Virus record (IMG/VR): IMGVR_UViG_3300034062_003964 | Coordinates: 32,001 to 96,000 of that record | Source: a virus | Strand: one strand, 5' to 3' | DNA: 64,000 bases | Translations under genes and position numbers: made by a program | Shown: piece after piece, positions 58,026 to 64,000 of the stretch | Layout of the letters: the number at the start of each line of letters is the position of its first letter | Numbering within the stretch: the first letter of the stretch is position 1 | The notes under the pieces: model-generated | Databases searched by the model: none | What the model saw: the letters and a program-made list of their open reading frames with translations, nothing else | What the model was told of the DNA's origin: nothing

Positions 58026-59801
58026 TTAAACTCTTTTACCTCCGAATAACCATAAATACTTTTCATAATCATTCTTTGTTGTTTGATAACTTCCTGACCT
58101 ATATTGATTATAAATATCCACAGGTACTCCTGGATTAAAATTTGAGGATGAATCTTTAAAATCTCTCTTTTCTGTGGTCCAAGATTCAATCATTGCTTTT
58201 GCTTGCTCTGTCGCCTTTTCTAATTTAGCAAATGAAGATTCACCAACATAAATAGCCATCGCCATCGCCATTATTAAATCATCGTGTTGACCCTTTTGGT
58301 GGTCAGGCCTTCCATTCACATATACAAACGTATTAAGTTCATTAAACAACCTTTGAGACCTAATAACAAACCCAAATCTTAACGCCTCTTCAAATGCCTG
58401 AACGATTAAAACTCTTTTTGAATTAAAGTTTATACCAGGTATTTTATCATTTTGTTTTGGGTCCCATTTCCATTTATCCGCAGGATTAACCCCGTCAACA
58501 TATAGGTTTTTATAACCAAGTTCTTGGAGTTTACGAGATGTTGCAACACCCATACCTCCAGTGATATCTGTAACAATAAACGAGTTATACATATTTGCCC
58601 ATTTGAACGCAATCTCAGCCACCACATCAGGTGGAACTTTCCCGATATATTCTAATACTTGTTCCCTATCATCAAAATCGATAATCGTAAAAGTTGTAAA
58701 GTCTTCACTATCACCACGAGATACATCAATACCCATAATATATTTATGACCCGCAATTGGTTCTTTCCATTGCCACAAAGCGCCACCCATAAATTTATTT
58801 TCAGGTTCTTTGATATAATTTTCTTTGATTTTTTTCATGGTTTCAGGTGGTACAACATTATCCCCCGAACCTAAAAAGTTACACTCTAACTCTTGTGATA
58901 TTTTACGCTTATCAAATTTTAATTTTTTTGACATTGCCTCAAACCACGATGAGTATGGTCTATAACCACTTTCAACCTTTTGTTTTATTTCTTCAAAATC
59001 TCTATCGGTAACTTTAATATCTGTATAATCTATGGTTAACACATCATCTTTATAATCACCCCTATTTAACATGTAGTGAATTATATCATCAACCTTTATT
59101 AGTTTTAAGTCTTTAGAATAACGAGGGTCACGAAACCAATACATTTCTGTAATTCTAAAGTCATTCATCCCTTTAATTGCCTGACTGTATATCGAATAAT
59201 AAATCGGGTCGAATCCGTTTGGTGTTGAAATTACAATAACTTTACCTCCTGTTGATAGGGACGCCATACATGCTGACCAGAAATCTTCATCAGCATCGAT
59301 ATATGCTGCCTCATCAAAAATAAGAATAGTAGGGGTATAACCGCGAAGTGCATCTTTTGATGTCGCAACCGCTTTAACCTCACATCCATTAGTTAATTTG
59401 AAGTGTCTTGCTGCGTTTTTTTCAGGAGAAAAGCCTACACCCAACCAATTAGGCCATTGTTCTACAAACGCACGAACTTTGTTTGCCATCTCAACGGCAG
59501 TATCAAGTTTGTTTGCAATAATTAGAATTTTTTCTGGTTTTGATTTTTTAGCGAAAACTAATCGTTTTGATGCCCAAGCGGATGTAACCGTAGATACTCC
59601 AGCTTGACGATACTTTAATGCGATATTTTCTTCGCAAGTGTCATAATCGTTAACCAAAGTTACTTGGTCATTAAATAATTCTAACGGTACGTATTTGGAT
59701 TGTGTGTTATCGTAGGTTTGTAAATATGTTCTTAGTGCGTATGGTGTATCATGAGCACATTTAGCATATTCCAGTAGTATTTGTTCTTTTGAAAGAGACA
59801 T
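58026..59801 (-). CDS. Terminase large subunit (T4 gp17-like)
   Basis: KYRQAGVST (Walker A), IFDEAA (Walker B), ISTPNG, QELEC.F.GSG, GIDVSRG, HDDLIMA. Confidence 0.95.
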   Translation of the reverse strand: MSLSKEQILLEYAKCAHDTPYALRTYLQTYDNTQSKYVPLELFNDQVTLVNDYDTCEENIALKYRQAGVSTVTSAWASKRLVFAKKSKPEKILIIANKLDTAVEMANKVRAFVEQWPNWLGVGFSPEKNAARHFKLTNGCEVKAVATSKDALRGYTPTILIFDEAAYIDADEDFWSACMASLSTGGKVIVISTPNGFDPIYYSIYSQAIKGMNDFRITEMYWFRDPRYSKDLKLIKVDDIIHYMLNRGDYKDDVLTIDYTDIKVTDRDFEEIKQKVESGYRPYSSWFEAMSKKLKFDKRKISQELECNFLGSGDNVVPPETMKKIKENYIKEPENKFMGGALWQWKEPIAGHKYIMGIDVSRGDSEDFTTFTIIDFDDREQVLEYIGKVPPDVVAEIAFKWANMYNSFIVTDITGGMGVATSRKLQELGYKNLYVDGVNPADKWKWDPKQNDKIPGINFNSKRVLIVQAFEEALRFGFVIRSQRLFNELNTFVYVNGRPDHQKGQHDDLIMAMAMAIYVGESSFAKLEKATEQAKAMIESWTTEKRDFKDSSSNFNPGVPVDIYNQYRSGSYQTTKNDYEKYLWLFGGKRV

Positions 59802-59804
59802 TCA

Positions 59805-60464
59805 TTATTTGTTTCTTCTAATGTAATTTAGTAATTCACTTTTTGTAGTGTGAGGAGGCAAATGATTTTCAATAATTTTTAGAATACTTTCTTCTAATTT
59901 TTCTACTTCATTTTTTTCCTCAACCTTTTTAGGTAATCCTTTGTGTTTTGTTGATGCAAAATCCTCAAGTTCTTTTTTAGACATTTCTTTTGCCATTTTT
60001 TGAACTTGTTTAGTGACTTTTGATTTAGGTGTATCTCCTCTTTTTACTGAAAGAGCCAATCCCATAATTTTTTGTTGTTGTTTAGAAACTGCTTTTTCTT
60101 GTAATTTTGTTTCAGTTGGCATCCCATCAGGACCTTGTTTTTGAATTGGGTCTTGGTCGTCCTCACCTTTATTAACATCAGCAACATCTTCTTGTTCACC
60201 TTCAGTAAATTCACCTTCAGCGGTTGTCGTAATAACGGTCTTACCGGCATCATTAGAAACTGTAGCCCCACCAATAGCTGTTTTTGCCCCCGATGGAAGT
60301 TCAATTACTTTTGATGTTACCGTTTTTTCAACAGGTTTTGGTTGTTCTGAAACAATTTTATTAAATAATACATTTAATTGATTTTCAGTTAAGTTTTCTA
60401 AAGTATTCATTGAAAACCCCTCGTGAAGAAGTTTAACTATTTTAGGATTCATGTGTTTCATCAC
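59805..60464 (-). CDS. Protein with DUF3008-like domain
   Basis: KAVSKQQQKIMGLALSVKRG...MSKKELEDFASTKHKGLPKKV. Confidence 0.65.
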   Translation of the reverse strand: MMKHMNPKIVKLLHEGFSMNTLENLTENQLNVLFNKIVSEQPKPVEKTVTSKVIELPSGAKTAIGGATVSNDAGKTVITTTAEGEFTEGEQEDVADVNKGEDDQDPIQKQGPDGMPTETKLQEKAVSKQQQKIMGLALSVKRGDTPKSKVTKQVQKMAKEMSKKELEDFASTKHKGLPKKVEEKNEVEKLEESILKIIENHLPPHTTKSELLNYIRRNK

Positions 60465-60846
60465 TTACTAAATTTTTTTCCCATTTTAATACGATATCTT
60501 TTTCGTATAATTTATTTTCTACAATTTCAATACTTTCTCCGTATTGAAAAACCAATCTTTTTCCTTCGTAATGGTCAGGTTTTTCCCAACCTAAAGCAAT
60601 CACACCATCAATAGAATCATACATTCCAAAAAAATCCGAGTTCTGAATTAAATCTAATTCTACTTCACAATTTTTTAATACGCCAACCTTTTTAATAAAT
60701 TCCACATGCGGTGGTGTTGGTTTTCCGTTTGCAGTTTCACTATCCCAATATTCACCATAAACGTCATCCAAATCTGAAAAAATAAATTCGTAAATATTAT
60801 CTCCTCTAAAGTTTGGACCTAATTCGTTAATGAAAACTAAATTCAT
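60442..60846 (-). CDS. Hypothetical protein
   Basis: 134-aa ORF, coupled in operon. Confidence 0.6.
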   Translation of the reverse strand: MNLVFINELGPNFRGDNIYEFIFSDLDDVYGEYWDSETANGKPTPPHVEFIKKVGVLKNCEVELDLIQNSDFFGMYDSIDGVIALGWEKPDHYEGKRLVFQYGESIEIVENKLYEKDIVLKWEKNLVSDETHES

Positions 60847-62177
60847 ATAGTTCTACCGTTTGGTGTTACTTTAACTTCTTTTCCGTTAATTTTAAAAACT
60901 AAATTGTTTTTATTTGTTCTTCCAATAAACGTACAGTTAGTATAATCCTCAATTAAAATTAAACCTGTTTTTTTTTGGTTTTCAGAAATAGAATATTCTT
61001 GAATGTCGTTCTTTTGGTTTATTTTATTAATTTTAGATTTTAAAAAGTCTACTTTATTTTTATTTTCTAATACCGGTTTTTCTTCATTTTTAATTTTAAA
61101 ATAACCAGATAAAACTTTCTCAACTTGGGATTCACCAAAAATTGAATCCATTACTGATTGGTAACCTTCTTTTGTTTCAGGTTCAGGTGTTCCCATATCG
61201 TCAGTTGGCATTTCGTCAGTTGGCATTTCGTCAGTTGGCATTTCGTCACCCCCAAAATCAAAATCTTCTTCACCGAAGTTTAATTCACCTTCACCTTCTT
61301 TACCATACTCATCAAACCCTTCAATTTTATCGACGATATCTTCTCTATCATCGTCATCAAGTTTGTTTAAATCAATTGCAGATACAATAGAATTAATTAC
61401 GTATTTAATATCTTGTGAATCAAGACCTTTGTCTTTATCAAACATTCTTAGTTTTTGACTTAATTTACCTGTAAGTTTTTGGATTAGTTTTAAATTACTT
61501 GACCCACCTTCCTCATCGTCTTCTACACCAATTTCTGTATCCAACATAGGTGCATCTCCAGGAGCCATTGGCATTTCTGGTTCTTCTGGCATTTCTTCTC
61601 CACCCATTTCAGGTGCCGGTGCTCCCATTTCAGATTCTCCACCCATTTCAGGTGCCGGAGCTCCCATTTCAGATTCTCCACCCATTTCAGGTGCCGGAGC
61701 TCCCATTTCAGGTGATGGTGTTTCAGGTGCCGGAGCTCCCATATCAGGTGCCGACATATCAGGTGATGGTGTTGGTTCAGCTTTTTTAGCCGTTTTTAAT
61801 ACGAATTTTTTTTTTACCTCAGGTTGCTCACCAATAAGAGGTATTTCATATTCATTACCTGTATTTCTATTTGTTTCAGCAACAATTAAATTTAATTTTT
61901 TCATTGCTTCAGAATATGAACGATAGTATTTTCTATTTTTCATTGGGTCTGAATAATCCATGTTGGATTCATTAATACCCGTTTTAATGATATACCCTAG
62001 TCTTTCTTTTACAATACCGTAAAAGTTACCGTCAGATAATTGAATAGTATAATTTGTTGTTGACAAATTATTTAATTCAGTTTTTGGAGTTTCTCTATAA
62101 GTTGCGATTTCCATAATTCTTCTCAACTTATCAGTTCCTTCTAATTTTTCACTACCAATCGGTCTTAAATCTGCCAT
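60843..62177 (-). CDS. Hypothetical acidic protein with Pro/Met/Glu tandem repeats (possible internal head protein)
   Basis: 444 aa; PEMGGESEMGAPA and DEMPT repeats. Confidence 0.6.
   Translation of the reverse strand: MADLRPIGSEKLEGTDKLRRIMEIATYRETPKTELNNLSTTNYTIQLSDGNFYGIVKERLGYIIKTGINESNMDYSDPMKNRKYYRSYSEAMKKLNLIVAETNRNTGNEYEIPLIGEQPEVKKKFVLKTAKKAEPTPSPDMSAPDMGAPAPETPSPEMGAPAPEMGGESEMGAPAPEMGGESEMGAPAPEMGGEEMPEEPEMPMAPGDAPMLDTEIGVEDDEEGGSSNLKLIQKLTGKLSQKLRMFDKDKGLDSQDIKYVINSIVSAIDLNKLDDDDREDIVDKIEGFDEYGKEGEGELNFGEEDFDFGGDEMPTDEMPTDEMPTDDMGTPEPETKEGYQSVMDSIFGESQVEKVLSGYFKIKNEEKPVLENKNKVDFLKSKINKINQKNDIQEYSISENQKKTGLILIEDYTNCTFIGRTNKNNLVFKINGKEVKVTPNGRTI
61196..61247 (-). repeat. 15-nt tandem repeat (DEMPT)
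   Basis: TCGTCAGTTGGCATT x3. Confidence 0.9.
61599..61765 (-). repeat. 39-nt tandem repeat (EMGAPAPEMGGES) with partial copies
   Basis: CCACCCATTTCAGGTGCCGG(T/A)GCTCCCATTTCAG repeated ~3 times. Confidence 0.9.
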
Positions 62178-62192
62178 TTTAATGTATTTTTT

Positions 62193-62378
62193 TTAATTGT
62201 TTAATCCATTTCCGCCCAACGTAACAGCATTACATTGTAAGTTAGTTGTATTAGTTACGCTACCATAATCGGGTTTTGGTGCGTAAAATGTTACTACAGT
62301 CCCCAAAGTACTACCAGAACCTGGTACATAACCGGTTATAGTTGTAGTATAATACGAAGTACAAGCTGTTGTTGGCAT
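62193..62378 (-). CDS. Small Thr/Gly-rich protein, likely virion component
   Basis: 61 aa; TATTTATA at 62390. Confidence 0.55.
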   Translation of the reverse strand: MPTTACTSYYTTTITGYVPGSGSTLGTVVTFYAPKPDYGSVTNTTNLQCNAVTLGGNGLNN

Positions 62379-62420
62379 ATTTTTTTCTATATAAATATAT
62401 CGTTAATTGATAATTTTCAA

Positions 62421-63194
62421 TTATTCACCAATTTCTTGCTCTAATGATAATTTTTTATCGGTAATTTTGTTTTTGAAATCTTCTAATTTGGCAATATACC
62501 CATTTCGTCTTAAGAATTTAAATACTAAATTTTCATAAGAAAACTCACCTTCTTTTTTTAATCCACAGGTTCTATACTTTCTTAATTTCTCTTTATATTT
62601 TGATGTTAACTTAATCGCATCATTTAAATCTTCATCTTCGGCGTTTTCTAAAACACCATCAATAATTCTCATCCATTGATTTGCCTTTTCTTTAATAATT
62701 TTCTTATCAATTCTGAAGTTTTCTTTTTCAGGAGCTCTTAACCATTTGTTATGTAATACAGAATAAGACCCAGCACTTGTTTCTTTTTCGTTTAAATCTT
62801 GTATAAACATCTCAACTTCGTATCCTTTGATTCTAATGTCGTGTTTCGCATTGAATACCGTTTTTTTCAAATGAAATAATTCTTTATATAATTCAGAGTT
62901 TTCGCCAGCATCATTAAAATCATAAAGAATATGAACATCAAAATCTGAAAAATCGGACCAGTTATATCCGGTTAATGAACCAATAAGAATTATGTCGTGA
63001 ACATATATATCGATATCAATATAATCCAAAAATATTTCACTTACTTTAAGAAGTCTTTCTTTTATTTCTGGTTTTAATTTAAAAAATTGCGCTTCGGGGT
63101 CTCCCATATGTTTTTCATTCGGTAGATACCAAATGTCGGGATTTAATTCGTCTTGAAGATATAAGCTATTAATGATTTTACTATCACTTTCCAT
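62421..63194 (-). CDS. Pol beta-superfamily nucleotidyltransferase
   Basis: IILIGSLTGYNWSDFSDFDVH (hG-S...D-x-D) plus third acidic residue in YEVEMF; late motif 3 nt upstream. Confidence 0.75.
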   Translation of the reverse strand: MESDSKIINSLYLQDELNPDIWYLPNEKHMGDPEAQFFKLKPEIKERLLKVSEIFLDYIDIDIYVHDIILIGSLTGYNWSDFSDFDVHILYDFNDAGENSELYKELFHLKKTVFNAKHDIRIKGYEVEMFIQDLNEKETSAGSYSVLHNKWLRAPEKENFRIDKKIIKEKANQWMRIIDGVLENAEDEDLNDAIKLTSKYKEKLRKYRTCGLKKEGEFSYENLVFKFLRRNGYIAKLEDFKNKITDKKLSLEQEIGE

Positions 63195-63211
63195 ATCTAT
63201 AAATACATAGA

Positions 63212-63466
63212 TTATTCAGTTTCTTCTACTTTTTTGTATTTGTATTGTCTTGCAATATCAGTATTGAAGAATTTTCCTTGTGATTCCGCCAATCTAAATT
63301 GTGCATATGTTTTGTGTGGAACTTCTTCATATTCGTATATCATTCCGTTTTTGAATGTTGCAATTAATTTACTAGTTTCACTATCGTATTCAGTTTTAAC
63401 TAAATTTGAAGATTCAATTTCACAAATAATTTTTGTTCCTACTATATCAGTTCTCGTTATCGCCAT
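63212..63466 (-). CDS. KTSC-domain protein
   Basis: ESSNL....YD......L.ATFKNG.IYEY..VP...Y..F..AESQGKFFN..I. Confidence 0.88.
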   Translation of the reverse strand: MAITRTDIVGTKIICEIESSNLVKTEYDSETSKLIATFKNGMIYEYEEVPHKTYAQFRLAESQGKFFNTDIARQYKYKKVEETE

Positions 63467-63761
63467 TTGGTTTTCTTAATGGAGTTATGTCATCTATATG
63501 ACTAAGTTTATCCATAATGTAATAATGAACTTCATCTCTGTCAACATCAAAACCATAATCTTTTATTGTCTGAAAAATCTCACGCATTTTTGGTGTGAAT
63601 TTTCTGTGTAATACCATTAAATCTTGGGGATAGTATCTTGGACTTGACAACTCTTCTTGTGTCCACCCTTCTCTTTGAAAGATTTTTCTCATGTCAAAAT
63701 AATCCTGTTCTAAATCCTTAGTTAATTCCAAACTATCTACAAATTTTCTCCAAGCTTTCAT
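63447..63761 (-). CDS. Hypothetical protein
   Basis: 104-aa ORF; TATTTATC-act-ATG. Confidence 0.6.
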   Translation of the reverse strand: MKAWRKFVDSLELTKDLEQDYFDMRKIFQREGWTQEELSSPRYYPQDLMVLHRKFTPKMREIFQTIKDYGFDVDRDEVHYYIMDKLSHIDDITPLRKPNGDNEN

Positions 63762-63778
63762 AGTGATAAATATAACGC

Positions 63779-63807
63779 AAAAAAAAATCCACCCGAAGGT
63801 GGACTTT
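63779..63807 (-). terminator. Rho-independent terminator
   Basis: TCCACC-cgaa-GGTGGA with a T-run on the minus strand. Confidence 0.8.
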
Positions 63808-63808
63808 G

Positions 63809-64000
63809 TTATTTTAGGTCGTTTATTTTATCTCGATATTCTATCGCTTTTTCAAAATCTTGTTTTTTAATACATTCATCTAATTTAGTTTGTAACTCAG
63901 AAATCTTTTCTTTGTTTTTTTCTAAACTCTTAATTTGGTCTCTTAACTTAACGGCTTCCTCAAAATTTTGTTCCTCAACTGCAACATCTAATTTATTTTT
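63809..64000 (-). CDS. C-terminal part of a protein with two UvrB/C (UVR) coiled-coil motifs (partial)
   Basis: Manual translation ...KLDVAVEEQNFEEAVKLRDQIKSL...LDECIKKQDFEKAIEYRDKINDLK*. Confidence 0.75.
   Translation of the reverse strand, partial: KNKLDVAVEEQNFEEAVKLRDQIKSLEKNKEKISELQTKLDECIKKQDFEKAIEYRDKINDLK

Noticed and set aside
11941-59801. Inteins or introns in PolB, terminase or capsid genes
   Set aside because: No C/S...HN-C/S/T splice motifs, LAGLIDADG/HNH inserts or ORF interruptions were seen; lengths are explained by the host domains.
52246-61765. Tandem repeats as a CRISPR array or DGR template/variable repeats
   Set aside because: Unit lengths are multiples of 3, in frame within proteins, with no unique spacers; no cas or reverse transcriptase gene is present.
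1313-63205. TATAAATA on the plus strand as canonical T4 late promoters
   Set aside because: Each copy points away from the adjacent gene start, while plus-strand genes show TATTTAT instead, so the functional orientation is TATTTAT.
129-63479. Numerous short antisense or overlapping ORFs in the track (e.g. 129-335, 2676-2930, 9481-9804, 28251-28667, 52820-53296, 55516-55827)
   Set aside because: They are shadows of well-supported genes on the opposite strand or frame, with F/L/S/I-rich composition typical of antisense AT-rich DNA.
1-64000. Alternative genetic code (stop-codon reassignment, seen in some large phages)
   Set aside because: Core genes are full length in code 11, and TAA, TAG and TGA all act as stops at sensible gene ends.
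1-64000. tRNA, rRNA or large ncRNA genes
   Set aside because: Intergenic spaces are short and explained by promoters and terminators; no cloverleaf or T-loop GTTCGA context was recognised outside CDSs.

Overview
This window is a 64-kb, AT-rich segment of a large T4-like myophage (contractile tail), read in the standard genetic code. The host is very probably Bacteroidota (Flavobacteriia): there are no Shine-Dalgarno sites, leaders are A-rich, and it encodes a Flavobacterium-type ribosomal protein bS21. It holds the core morphogenesis genes (tail tube, sheath, neck, baseplate, major capsid, scaffold, prohead protease, portal, large terminase), a family B DNA polymerase, an SNF2 helicase, a gp55-like sigma factor, PhoH, dUTPase and a peptidase-SOD fusion. 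It also carries a ~22-kb glycan biosynthesis region (20.3-42.3 kb) with about ten glycosyltransferase domains, a GDP-colitose pathway and an unusual ulosonic-acid pathway. The most interesting signals are: (i) a putative virion glycosylation system, suggested by the glycan island plus a [S/T]-G-x-T motif strongly enriched in virion surface proteins; (ii) a conserved late promoter TATTTAT(A/C/T), the reverse complement of the T4 late promoter, which often gives leaderless mRNAs; (iii) late enzymes carrying probable prohead-protease/head-targeting segments; and (iv) a phage bS21 that keeps Tyr54 but lacks the autoregulatory SD. All annotations come from motif recognition by eye; no searches were run.
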